Origin: Laetmonice hystrix
Taxonomy: Eukaryota
Length of the DNA: 64,000 nucleotides
NCBI GenBank assembly: GCA_965235115.1
Contig: OZ249436.1
Location: 36,148,001 to 36,212,000 of the forward strand
Reading direction: 5' to 3'
Shown: positions 11,801 through 23,411 of the stretch, piece after piece
How positions within the stretch are numbered: the first letter of the stretch is position 1
Layout of the letters: each line of letters opens with the position of its first letter
Program-made: the position numbers and the translations under genes
The notes under the pieces: model-generated
What the model was told of the DNA's origin: nothing
Database searches by the model: none
Seen by the model: only the letters and a program-made list of their open reading frames with translations

Positions 11801-14800
11801 AAGAACATCGAATACGGCCATCCAACGATTCCCTGTGTGATCACTCGAATTTAAATCAACGTCAGGTATTTCAATTACGTACTGAACGAAAATACAAATT
11901 GTGACAAGGTAAATTGGGGTCTTGATGTTTTATTATAAACAAATTGTATGGAACCAAAAAAGCAAAGATTAATTTGTCATTTCGGACTTTGCGAAAGTTA
12001 CTAACTATTCTACCGGTTCCAGTGCCATTTCTGTGTTTATATTTGAGTGGATTTCCACGTGAGTGAGAGTCTTTTTTGGACAGCCCACTTTTTTATATTA
12101 TGTCGGTGGGTGTGTGGGTGTGTTTTTGTGGACAGTCCACTTTTTTATATTATGTCGGTGGGTGTGTGGGTGTGTTTTTGTGGACAGTCCACTTTTTTAT
12201 ATTATGTCGGTGGGTGTGTGGGTGTGTTTTTGTGGACAGTCCACTTTTTTATATTATGTCGGTGGGTGTGTGGGTGTGTTTTTGTGGACAGTCCACTTTT
12301 TTATATTATGTCGGTGGGTGTGTGGGTGTGTTTTTTGTGGACAGTCCACTTTTTTATATTATGTCGGTGGGTGTGTGGGTGTGGGTGTTTTTTTTTTTTG
12401 GGGGGGGGGGGGGGGTTAAAGTACCTATATAAGTTGAAGACTTTAGCTGCATGCTTACTGAAGGATGTTATTGTATATTGACCTTATGACAGCTGATGAC
12501 GCTGCAGGAATACTCACTGTCGGTGACACTGAAGACGGCAGCATGGACACCACACGGTCGGCCTCTTCAAGACGTTGGACATTGGATGAATGGCAGGTTG
12601 AGCCTCCACAATGTCCTCTTCCCTAGCGCTAGGTACGGCCTGAATGGACGTCACTTCAAGGTGTTGACAATAGAGGTGTGTAAAATATTTCACGTCTCTG
12701 CATCGGGGCCGCATTTAATCAATCTGTACTTCCTAATCCAATGTGTCCCGATTGTCATCGTTTCAGTGGCCTCCTTTTGTAATGAAGGACGAACACGTAA
12801 ACATCACTTCCTTTTCTGGTTTTTGTATGACCGCATTGGAACTTTTGTCGAAGACCCTCAACTTCAGGTAAGTATGAGATAACTGTTTAATCGAATCCTC
12901 CTTGTACTTATGCCTATATTTCCAGTTTTGCAGAAGAATTCCATCCGATCCTTGGAAACGCGTCTCTTGCCCTTTTTTTCAGCTACACGATCAAGGCGGT
13001 CCCTGACGGTCAGTTTGGAGGCAAACTGGCCAATGGTAGCTGGACGGGATTACTGGGACAGCTAACCTCGAAGGTAATATTTGCTCTTACTACCCCTATT
13101 ACCTCTTACTATGCTATTATTTTGAAATTCCAAAAAATTCTAAGTTAATTTTGAAAAGTGAATTTATGCATATAGGCCTACCCATGGAATATTAAAAGAA
13201 TGGGGGGGGGGGGGAGGAGGGGGTGTGAATTCTGGTAACACTACCTTTTATTTTAGGCACTCCTCGATTCTATTCTTAGGTCATGCACTGAATGTGACTC
13301 AATGTTTAAAGTGCCTTGTTTTACATTATTAGAAGGCCGACATGGTGGTAGCATCATTGACAGTGTCGTACGACAGAGAGTCGATGATTGACTTCGTCAA
13401 GGATTACTACGTTGACTATATCACTGTCCTTTACAGGCGGCCAGACAACCAACTCGAACATATTTCTCTCATCACCAAGTCACTTCGGTAATCTCAATGT
13501 GGAATGAAATAACATAATTTGTTAGAAAGAAATGGTTTCTTATCGAGATTGAAAAAGATTGTTGTTTTGAGGGAATGAAATATAATATATTTCTCTCAAT
13601 CTACACCTCTTTAGTGGCGCAGGGTATCGAGTACTTCGGTCATTCTGCGATTATATATAGTATAGATTTATTTAATTTGTTTAAAGGTCATCATAATTTT
13701 AAAAGGATGATCTATTGATAAATCTCGTAACCGTTACTTTTTTCGTGGATGAAAGCAAATGAAGTAAGACGGAATACACCGAGCTGTTAATCGTTATTAT
13801 ATAGCCCACCACCTATTGGCTGTATTGTAGGTGGGAGGTGTGGTTGGGCGTCGGAATATTCGTGCTCGTGGCAGGAATCAGTCTCAGCTTTGTCTCACGT
13901 CTGCGGGGATCTACTAAAGTTCAAGTCTCCCCTAACGACAGCGGAGTACCTAAAGCTGCATCCCCAGTTTGTCGAGGTTGTCGACCAAAGATCACGGCTG
14001 GGGCTTTGGTTTCTCAGAGTGATAGAAGTCTGGCACACCTTCCAACAGGGATCTGGTTTTCTTTCGGGGCCATTCTGCACCAAGGTGTGAAAATATTTGA
14101 TAGTGTCTGCTGGTGGTATTTATGCAATGTGGTAATCGTATGCTTTTCACATGGAAGAGGGAGGGCCGTATATCTTCATCTTTAAACAATCTGTAAGTTG
14201 ACTGAAAATAGTAATGTCGATTTGCTTAAGCAAGTACCAGGAGGTGTTAATTTCAGTGTCCAATTAAAAATCCCCGGGGACAGTACCCCCTTGCCTAGTC
14301 AGTCGTCTCAACAACAATTTGACACTTGGTGGAATTTTGTGTTGCTACATGGCGTAAGCTCTACCGCAACCGTTGTCAGCGTAGATCTACAGTTTTTGAG
14401 TGTCGAGTGCCATCTGTAATAGAAACATCCTCAGTATACATCACGAACACACAGGCGGATGACGAGTGTTTGTTTTATGTCAGGTAGTGAAGTGGTGCCT
14501 GTCGGTCAACCCGGACGATGCATCTTCTCCTTCTGGTTTCTCTTCTCCATGGTGATCGGAGCGACGTATAGCGGCAACCTGATCGCCTTTCTCACTGTTG
14601 ACAAGTCCAACCCTCCTTTTAGGACTCTGAATGAACTTTGTCATCAAAACCAATACATGATCGGAACGCTTGGGGGATCGATCTATAGTGACATGCTCCA
14701 GGTGAGGGAACAGGCTAATATTACTAAAACATGCAATAAAGAAATTCAGAGAACACTGTGGACCGGTATCAAATTATCTAGGGGAAGTCCGACCTCTAAC

Positions 14801-15655
14801 GTTAAAGGTCTCATCATAGGCATATTTTACACTACACGCCGTCCATATTCCAAAATTTCCACTGTCTTCCACTGGCTAAGAAATACTTTGGTCCATCTTC
14901 CAATAATTTGCAGTACTCCACCAGCGCCACCTACCAATGTTTGTGGGAAAAGATCCAGGCGTCTGTTGAGATTGGACTCCGCGTGACCAGCACCAACCAT
15001 ACAGAACATGCTGAATGGGTTCGTGCCGGCGGCTATGCGTATGTGGTAGACGAAGTGGCCAGCAAAAATGAGATTCTCAAGGACCAGGAGCTAGCCATCT
15101 TGGGCGAGGCCGTCTCGACTTCACCATACGCTATAGGCCTTCAAAATAATTCTGCCTACAGAGAAGCGTTTTCAGATGCGTACGTTTACTTCGTGCAATT
15201 CAGTAGGCCTTTAAGGGCTTAGTATAAAATAATGCAGCATATAGGCTAAGTCTAGCGAAAGAGGTATAGATAGGCCTACGACAGCTTGGCAGAGGATGCT
15301 ACAGTATTCACTTCTCTGAATAGAGGGCCAAGTCTTCGCAAGGCCAGTCCATCTTATACCAAGCTGACCTCCCCCCCCCAAAAAAAGGACCCAGCTTATT
15401 TATGTATCCGATTTTTTATCTAATCACCCGACTTTTCCTTCAAGTGTCCAGAACATGAGAGATACGGGCCTTCTACACAAGTGGCAGACCGACATGTACC
15501 CAGCGTATGTCGGGAAGAGAAGCTCGACACCCAGCCGTGCCATCTCTATCGCCATCATTCACATGGAAGGATTGTTTCTAGCGGCGTCCGTCCTGGTCGT
15601 CTTGGCCGGGTTTATTCTCCTTGCAGAGCGACTTCATCACCGACCTGTCCCATGA
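8828..15655 (+). CDS. Divergent ionotropic glutamate receptor / IR-like gene B (complete, ~13 exons)
   Basis: Exons 8828-8930 (signal peptide MKERVVLYELCLSTFLWIVLL..), 9968-10102, 10480-10713, 10977-11164, 11345-11512, ~12508-12675, 12767-12867 (WPPFVM..GFC), 12983-13073 (DGQFGG..NGSWTGLLGQL), 13333-13487 (ADMVVASLTVSYDRESMIDF), 13831-14084 (M1; pore IWFSFGAILHQG), 14484-14701 (M3 ATYSGNLIAFLT), 14914-15179, 15445-15655 (MRDTGLLHKW, M4, stop). All phases are consistent. Confidence 0.9.
12072..12388. repeat. Minisatellite, 52-bp unit x6 (intron of gene B)
   Basis: GGACAG recurs at 12078, 12130, 12182, 12234, 12286 and 12339. Confidence 0.95.
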
Positions 15656-18446
15656 TTGTAGCGGAAATCCCTGATCAGGGTACTGACGACTCCGTAGGGG
15701 TGGACAAACAATAAGGTCTAGTGCATAGCCAGGAAATAGAAATAACGCACAGCTTGATCAGGGGCATGCATGCCCGAGAAAGTTTCTCTGACGTGCCTCA
15801 CGTGGTCACGGGCCTGCTTAGGCCTATAGTACGATACATTGTATATGATATAATTTAATGTATAATTAAAGCAACCACTCAAGATTACGCAAGACCTGTA
15901 TCTATATATCGTATGGAGCCGCCCACATCAGCTATTGACTGGAGTTCTGCATCGTAGCTTTGGATATAGGCTAGTCTATAATAGTAGGCCTAAAGGCCTG
16001 TCCTGTCGTATCCATCCTTTAAGAGTTGTGCACCTTTTAGGAGTTCCGGTTCCACCAAACCTTATTATCACGCAGCAGTAAAGCATGGCAAACCCCATCA
16101 AGAGTGTGTCTGGTTGTCGATGATGAATTGATGGATTACGCTACTAATTCGTACATTACCTGAAATACAAACAGGAAAGACAACATTGGCGACATGTCGC
16201 CTTGGACACTTGCTCCGTAACATCTGCCTGGATTTAAATTAGGGGACTGATTGGAGGTTCTACAGCTGTGTTGAGCTGAGGATTCGGGAATCATTCTCTG
16301 CGTGCCACCTGCCACCTTGTGAGTACTGTTTTGTTTGTGATCGTGCCTAGAAAGGTAGCGGTTTTGGGAGGAAGATGGCTGCTGCTGCTTGTCATAACCC
16401 TCACCGTGCATTGCCACCGTTTGACTGTACTGGGGATGCCTGGGGGGTATCCCGCAGGTGAACAGACTGGTTGGATGAGTTTGAGTGCTATGCAGATGCT
16501 CTGAGACATTTGCACCGTGACACTTTTGAACATCGCACTAATTGCAAGGCCTCATTAAGATGACACTTGGGCCTGAAGGATGTAAGATCTACAGCATTCT
16601 CGATACTGGTGGGCCAGCATATTACGATACGGCCACCAATGCTTTGAGTAGCCACTTCAAAATGAAGACAAATAAGAGGTTCATGAGAGCATTGTTACGT
16701 GATATGGCGCAAGGGCTCGACGAGTCAATAGCAGAGTATGTCGTCTGCCTGATGAAGGCATCGGAAGGGTGTGAGTTCGGCGACGAAGTAAACTCCCACA
16801 TAGTTGACCAGGTGGTTTTGACATGCACTAATGGGACTCTCTGTGGGAAGTTCCTGGAGAGGGGGGGGGGTGAACTTGACCTCACTGTGATGCAATATAC
16901 CCACGTCAGTCAAGAGCCAGGCCAGCCGTATGCCTGCTGCTGTGGACAGCACTGTAAATCGAGTAAGTCGGGGTCCATGTCACCGAGATCGACAGAGAGA
17001 TAATACCCGGAAACCGGAGGATGGAGGGTGTAGTCGCTGTGGATCCCATAATCATGATGCATCTTACCACAAATGCCCAGTGATCGGACAGAAGTGAAAT
17101 TAGTGCGGAAAACTGACCACTTCGTCAACAAATGCAGGTCTACAGGCCAAGCAGATGGAAGAAACTTCCCATGTCACCGAGGGAAACGATAGAAGAAAAC
17201 CGCCCATTCGAAGTGTTGAATGCACGGCTTTCGACAGCCAGAAAACAGAGCGAGATCCTGCTTGTTCGGCAGCTGCATGGCTATGATCTGCCTAGCGTTT
17301 ATTTTACAGTATATATTAAAGTATAGTGGTCGGACTGCCGGCAGTCAGTTCCTCCCTTCTTCAGATGGCGATGCTAGAATTTAATTGGCGTTATCTGCCA
17401 CGCCGCCTCTCCAGAGATCAGGATAAGCCGGCCTGGCAAGGAGTACACCTGGCGTCTGGACATAGAGTACATTTCTAGAACCAACTCTACACATCAATAT
17501 TAGTTGTGAATAAATAAAAAATGTTACAATAAAGATACATAATAAATACGTCAACATCCCGCTATATTTTCTACAATCTGCAAGAAGGTAGAGGCCAAAT
17601 CAAAGAACTTCTTGAACAGGATATCATTGATCCAGTCAATGGACTGATGCCATGGCTCAGCCCAGTGAATGTCATGAAGCCAAGTGGGGAGATACGTCTA
17701 TGCATAGATATGCGCCGTGCGTCACCCCATTCTAACATTTGACGAGTCCCTACAGGATATGTCGCAGAGTCGTGTATTCTCAAAACTCGACCTAAAATGG
17801 GGTTACCATCAGCTGGAGCTCAAGAGACATCACAGCGTTTGTGGTACACTGTGGGCTGTATCGTTATAAACGCCCAGTTTCCGGCATAAACGCGGCACCA
17901 GAAATTTATCAGTGGGACATTTATCGTCTCCTATTGGGGATTTCCAATGCTGTCAACATCTCAGATGACATCCTAATCCATTGGAAGGACCACGACACAG
18001 CTCTCTGTTAGGTACTTGATAGGATTCGAGATGCAGGGATGACACTAAACAAGGATAAATGCAAGTTTGGTGTGGACAAGGTCACTTTCTGGGCCCACGA
18101 GTTGTTCAGTGACGGGATTGATCTTAGCAAAAGCAAGGTAAAAGCCACCCCAGAGATGAGATTGAGGTTCGCAGTTTCCTCAGACTCGCTGAGTTTTGTC
18201 GAGCCTTTATACCTAATTTTGAGTCGGTCGCCAAACCTCTGTATCAGTTGACACACAAAGGTCAGGAGTTTGTCTTCGGCAAGGCCCAACAAGAGGCTTT
18301 CAAGAGGATTAAGGGAAGTATCAGCAACCCCAAGACGTTAGGGTACTTCAGCCTGGGTGACAAGACACAAGTGATTGCTGACGCGAGCCCCCATGGGCTT
18401 GGGGCTGTACTGGGATGCATGTGTGTGTTATCAGGGATGCAAGCAT

Positions 18447-19767
18447 CCCTGATAACACACACACGTTGGTACAACTTTGGGCCGACGTCAGCAGCTACGT
18501 TGGGCCAACATCAGATGCCAACATTGGACCAACGTCATTTTGCTCATCGGACCCATGTTGGGCCACCAGATAGGCAAACGTTGAAACAGGCCATTGGCCC
18601 AGCATCAGACCAATGTGTGTACAAACGTTAAGCCAACGTCAGATGCCCGACGTTGGACCAACATTTTGCTCATTGGGCCCACGTTGGGCCAACAGTTGGG
18701 CCAACGTTGAACCAGCCAATTGGCCCAACGTCAGACCAATGTGTTTACAAACGTTGAGCCAACGTCTAATACCAACGCTGGACCAAAGTCAGATGCCCGA
18801 CGTTGGACCAATGACATGTTGCTTATTGGTCCCACGCTGGGCCACCTTTTGGGCCAAAGTTGAACCAGCCCATTGGCCCAACATCAGACCAACATGCTTA
18901 CAAACATAGAGCCATCTTCTAATACCAACGCTGGGCCAACGTCAGATGCCCGACGTTGGACCGACGACATTGGGCCCCGAGTTGGGCCACCAGTTAGGCC
19001 AACGTGTGGCACGACCTTCCTCCAACCCGAGCCAATTTAAATAGACTCCCAAATAAAATCCTGGCTCAGGCAGAATCATTGCGTGGGTACGCTATAGTAT
19101 CTCCTGTGCCAGTTAAGCACTGACGCATAACACCCAAACCCTGTCCTCACTATTGTTGTTTCCCATCGGAAATCCAAATTGGTCTTTTCTTTATTGGGTT
19201 GTTTAAAAACAAAATATAATCTCTACGTCCCTATCTTGTTCTTTTCTCACTCAAAAAAAAATAAAGCGTAATTTTACAGAATGAATAGCTGTTCTTGTAT
19301 TCGTGGGAATAACTTGAAGTCGCTAAAAGCTCACCTGGACTGTGTTTGAGACTGTCTAGTTAATCTTACTGATAACAGCGCCACCTAGCGCCTGCTAGGT
19401 AAAGAAGAATTCCAATGTTGGGACAACGTGGGTGTTCCAACTGGGTTCCAACAAAGAGGGTGGCGACAGTGTTGACTAATTACCAACGTTGGGCCAACAT
19501 GGATGTTCAAACCGGGTTCCAACAAAGAGGGTGACAACAGTACTGACTAAATGCCAACATTGGGTCAACTTGGTTGATCCAACAGGGTTCCAACAAAAAG
19601 GCTGTCGACAGTGCTGAATAAATACCAACATTGGGCCAACATGGATGTTCCAACCGGGTTCCAACAAAGAGGGTGGCGACAGTACTGACTAAATTCCAAC
19701 ATTAGGTCGACTTGGGTGTTCCAACCGGGTTCCAACAAAGAGGTTGTCGACAACGTCGGGCCAACGT
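18447..19767. mobile_element. Non-autonomous CACTA/EnSpm-like element nested in Gypsy pol
   Basis: CCC terminus (CCCTGATAACACAC) and two blocks of subterminal ACGTTGGGCCAAC-type repeats (18464-19005, 19411-19767) around a unique core; right terminus missing. Superfamily is inferred. Confidence 0.55.
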
Positions 19768-20887
19768 AGTAGTGAATGGAAGGCTGCTGGTAGTAACCAG
19801 CAGCCTTCCATTCACTCCTATGTTAACTTAACGATCTGGTTATTAACTAGCCTAAACAGCAGCCTTCCATTCACTCCTATGTTAACTTAACGATCTGGTT
19901 ATTAACCAGTCTTTAGTGAGACGGGCCATGAAATCGACCACAGCAGCAAGGACTTGTGAGGCCCTTTGTGAAATCTTTGCTAGGTTTGGCAACCCTCCCA
20001 CCATTAAGACTGAAGGCCCTCAATTCACCTCAGCTACGTTCAGTCAGTTTGTGAGGGGGGAGGGATTGCAGCATCATAAAGTCACACCGAGACATGCCCA
20101 GGCAAATGGGGAAGTAGAAAGACAGAATCAGTCCCTGAAAAAGAGGCTGCGTATTGCCCATTCCCAAGGAGCCGGATGGAAGGAAGCGCTTCGTAATTAT
20201 GTTTTAAAGCAGTATCGGGCCACACCCCACTCAACAACGGGAAAGTCACCAAGATGTTGTTTGGGTTCGACGTACGAACCAAAATGCCTTGGGGATCACT
20301 GGGGAGTTTGCCAACGACTTGGAAGTGCGCGACCGAGATGGCAAGGTAAAAGGCAAGGCGAAATTGTATGCTGATCAAAGGCGCAATGCTGCAGTCTCTA
20401 ACGTTGCACGAGGTGACCAAGTCCTTCTGAAACGCAATAACAAACTGGAAACTCCAATTCTCCCAGAGCCATATCACGTTGTGGCTAGATCAGGGAACCA
20501 GGTGACAGTGGAGTCACCTGCAGGGGTCAGGTATGACCGCAACACAACCCATTATGCGGTACGTCACTGAGACGTCGGATGCCGATGTTGACACCACCCC
20601 TCCAAAGCGTCTGGAACCTGCGGCTCCTCCAAAGTCACAGGAGTCAAAGTCATATTCTAGTTACTGCCGTTTTGGTAGGACACTAGATTAAGTGGAGGTT
20701 CCCATAGACAGCTTAAAACTTGTTGGCTGTGTAGTTGACGCCAAGCCTATAAGTGACATTTAGCTAAAGTTGCTTACAGTTTGAAGAGTTAAGACACGAG
20801 ACAGTATCGAATCCTAGTCACTGACTAAGTATGCCTATAAAGCAGGACTGCTAAGTCTTGGAATCCCTATGTAGGCCTATCCGTTCT

Positions 20888-21059
20888 AAGGGGTGTAGCC
20901 AGGATTTTCTGAGGGGGGGGGGGGGCTGAGATCCGCGACGAGCTGAAACCGCGCACATGAGTCCGTTTCATCATTGAAAATTCAATCTTTACTGGTGTAA
21001 GCCTGGATGGGGGGGGGGGGGGGGGCGAGGCCCCCTTCGGCCCCCTGGCTACACCCATG
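20888..21059. mobile_element. MITE with GGGTGTAGCCAGG termini
   Basis: GGGTGTAGCCAGG ... CCTGGCTACACCC inverted repeats with internal poly-G runs. Confidence 0.6.
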
Positions 21060-21243
21060 GTTCTCGTACATAAGATTTTAGTCACATGTAGTTTTACACT
21101 AAATGAGCTCAATACATTCTGGTACAGAATTATTCATATAAACTCCATCTAGGCCTAGGCTAATCAAAAGAAGAAAAAAGGGAGGGATGTCATAGACTAT
21201 GAGTTGCGCACCTTTTAGGACTTCCGGTTCCATGGCAGTGCAC

Positions 21244-21294
21244 CATAGACCATACAGCACGTTGTTGTAATTTGTTAGGCCTATATGGTCTATG
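21244..21294. mobile_element. 51-bp micro-MITE, CA..TG ends, 7-bp TSD
   Basis: TIR CATAGACCATA / TATGGTCTATG flanked by direct AGTGCAC at 21237-21243 and 21295-21301. Confidence 0.75.
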
Positions 21295-21658
21295 AGTGCA
21301 CCGAACTCCGAAGAGGAGGCCAATACTTTTGTTTACATTAGGCAAACGCGTGTCCGTGGGGGGGGGGGGGGGGGGTCCCGTAGCCTATGGCGGGAAATTG
21401 GGTCTCAGTTTTAACAAGTTTCCTGCAAAAAGACTTGCTGAAAATCCGGGACACGCGCCTGCCCTGCCGATAATATCGACGGGGATCCATTTTCTGTTCA
21501 ATCATGAGACACAGATCATTTCTCCTTGTTGGAATGGGGGCTGAAAAGTAGGCTGAATTCACGATCAAGGAAATGACCCCTGTCCAAAGGGCCACGTGGG
21601 GGCCGATCCCTTGAACATTCTGTACATAGGATATCGACCACGGCTCTCTGATGGTAGC

Positions 21659-21695
21659 CAAAGAACGTCACATAACAGTTATGTGACGTTCTTTG
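21659..21695. mobile_element. 37-bp perfect-palindrome micro-MITE, CA..TG ends, 7-bp TSD
   Basis: CAAAGAACGTCACATAAC-a-GTTATGTGACGTTCTTTG flanked by direct TGGTAGC at 21652-21658 and 21696-21702. Confidence 0.75.
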
Positions 21696-21708
21696 TGGTA
21701 GCGTTAAT

Positions 21709-22037
21709 AGGGGGACCGGGGTGGCGCAGTGGTTAGAGCACGGGACCTTTGATCCAAGGGTTCTGGCCGCGCCGGACTTTCCTGCATAAGCAGTGCTGCC
21801 GACTGCTTTATCAAAGGCCGGCCGTGTCACGATACGTCTATGTGGAGGGGCACGTTAAAGATCCCTTGGCACCTATCGATAAGAGTAGGGGTTCGCCCCG
21901 CTGCCAGGTTTCCTCCTATCATCTCATTATCACCCAATGGATTTCACCGACTGAGTTAGTTACCTTGTTCTCGCCCTGAAATAGCTGAAATACTGCTGAC
22001 TGGGCGTTAAACACCAGCTTCTCACTCACTCACTCAC
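21709..22037 (+). mobile_element. tRNA-derived SINE with Deu/Nin-like central domain and (CACT)n tail
   Basis: A-box TGGCGCAGTGGTTAG; central GTTAAAGATCCCTTGGCAC..TAAGAGTAGGGG resembling the Deu/Nin domain; 3' GCTGAAATACTGCT..GCGTTAAAC plus (CACT)4; 13-bp TSD TGGTAGCGTTAAT at 21696-21708 and 22038-22050. Confidence 0.9.
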
Positions 22038-22050
22038 TGGTAGCGTTAAT

Positions 22051-22241
22051 GCTGCCCTCTAGCGGAAACAGGTGCTCTAACACAAGAACTCTACCAGAGG
22101 GCGTGTATCAGGATATAGCCAATCACAATCCGCGTAGCTAGGATTCTTCAAAACAAGAATGGCGGACAACTTTTAGGAGCAATGTTTTTATTTCGGAGCC
22201 AAAGCTTTTCTTTGGATTAAGCCCTACACGGTTCACTTTCG
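22051..22241 (+). promoter_or_regulatory. Probable PTPN13 promoter and non-coding exon 1
   Basis: CCAAT box (AGCCAATCA, ~22117), YY1-like AAGAATGGCGG (~22155), strong donor CG|GTAAGT at 22241/22242; the next good acceptor (25622) precedes the KIND-domain ATG. Confidence 0.55.
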
Positions 22242-23411
22242 GTAAGTAGAGCGACCTGATATTTCCATAAAGTCCATTCTTCCAAATCTGGCGATATAAA
22301 TAAGGCATGCACATAGTTGATATTTTGCTAACTATGTTTATATTGGAGCAAATTTGGCAAGCATTGCCACGGCACTGGCACTGACTTGACAGGCGAGTTT
22401 TGACACGCCAGCATGTGGTCGGATCAAGTTTCTATCACAACTTTTAGTGTGAACAGAATGGGGTTATGAGCTCCAGAAATATGTGATGACCCTGTGTCTT
22501 AAACGCATATGATTTGGTCGATTTGTAAACACATTATCAGAAAGTACTGAAACAGCAATCGTTAAATTTGGCGGGCAAGAATGATTGTAAATTTATTCGA
22601 CCTCTGTCTCTGATCTGACTTCGGGATGACAGCGGGGCTGCACGGTCTGTTGACGCCCCCCCCCCCGCCCCCCTTCTCCCCGGTCAGTCGCCCGGCACCA
22701 CAGCCAGGACTAGCTGGCACAGTCCGAGACTCAAAATTCCATATGTATCTGTTTAATGTGTATTGCAGGGATCAGGCTGGGTTTTGTGTGTCAGAGAATA
22801 TCTCATTATTTTGAAAGCAATGAGATTTTAAAACTTTAAATGAGACTGAAACCGTCACGGAGAGTGAGACCGAGAGGAAAATTTATGGGATTGTTGTTTT
22901 GATGAAAGAATATCTCGATATCGCGGGCCAATCTCGGCCTTATGTACTCACTTCTGTTTTAAAAAAAAAGCTTAAAAAGCCGAAAAAGTTGTTGGCGTAT
23001 TTTTTCTTGGAAAGTTTGGCTGTTCAAATGATTCGAATTTGCTTTTGTTGTTGTTGTGATGAGCAACTGTCTATAAACTTTATGGGCCTGACAGTAACTG
23101 ATGCTAGTGATGGTATAACAGACTTTGCCAGTGATTGTGTAAGAAAAAATTTTGAGGTGTGAAGATGACTGAACCCCACTGATGCCTGGTGCAACTTGGG
23201 TGTGGCAACAATGATGATTCAAGCTAGTTCATGTGTCACTGGCCAGTGAAAAATTGCACTAGAAAATGCATCTATAGTAGAGTCATATTTCCTTTACTTA
23301 AATTTAATGGTCCAAGAATGAAAATTATTGACAAAAAATTTGATCTTTTTTGATAATAATCTTAATCTATTTGGAATGCATGCTTTGCAATAGTAGGTAC
23401 TCTTTATAGAC

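Larger units (their letters stand above)
16004..21232 (+). mobile_element. Decayed Ty3/Gypsy LTR retrotransposon (gag-pol pseudogene)
   Basis: 5' LTR TG..CA at 16004-16185 followed by a TGGCGAC PBS-like site. Gag remnant with Cys/His knuckle ~16430-17150; RT remnants (IRLCIDMR, LDLKWGYHQ, NISDDILI) 17570-18100; RNase H start (ADASPHGLGAVL) to 18411; integrase (IFARFG..GPQFTS..HAQANGEVER) 19916-20570. Polypurine tract 21167-21187, then a 3' LTR start at 21188 sharing GAGTTG.GCACCTTTTAGGA.TTCCGGTTCCA with the 5' LTR. Many stops and frameshifts. Confidence 0.88.

Noticed and set aside
12047..12481. Cys/Val-rich ORFs in three frames
   Set aside because: Translations of the 52-bp intronic minisatellite.
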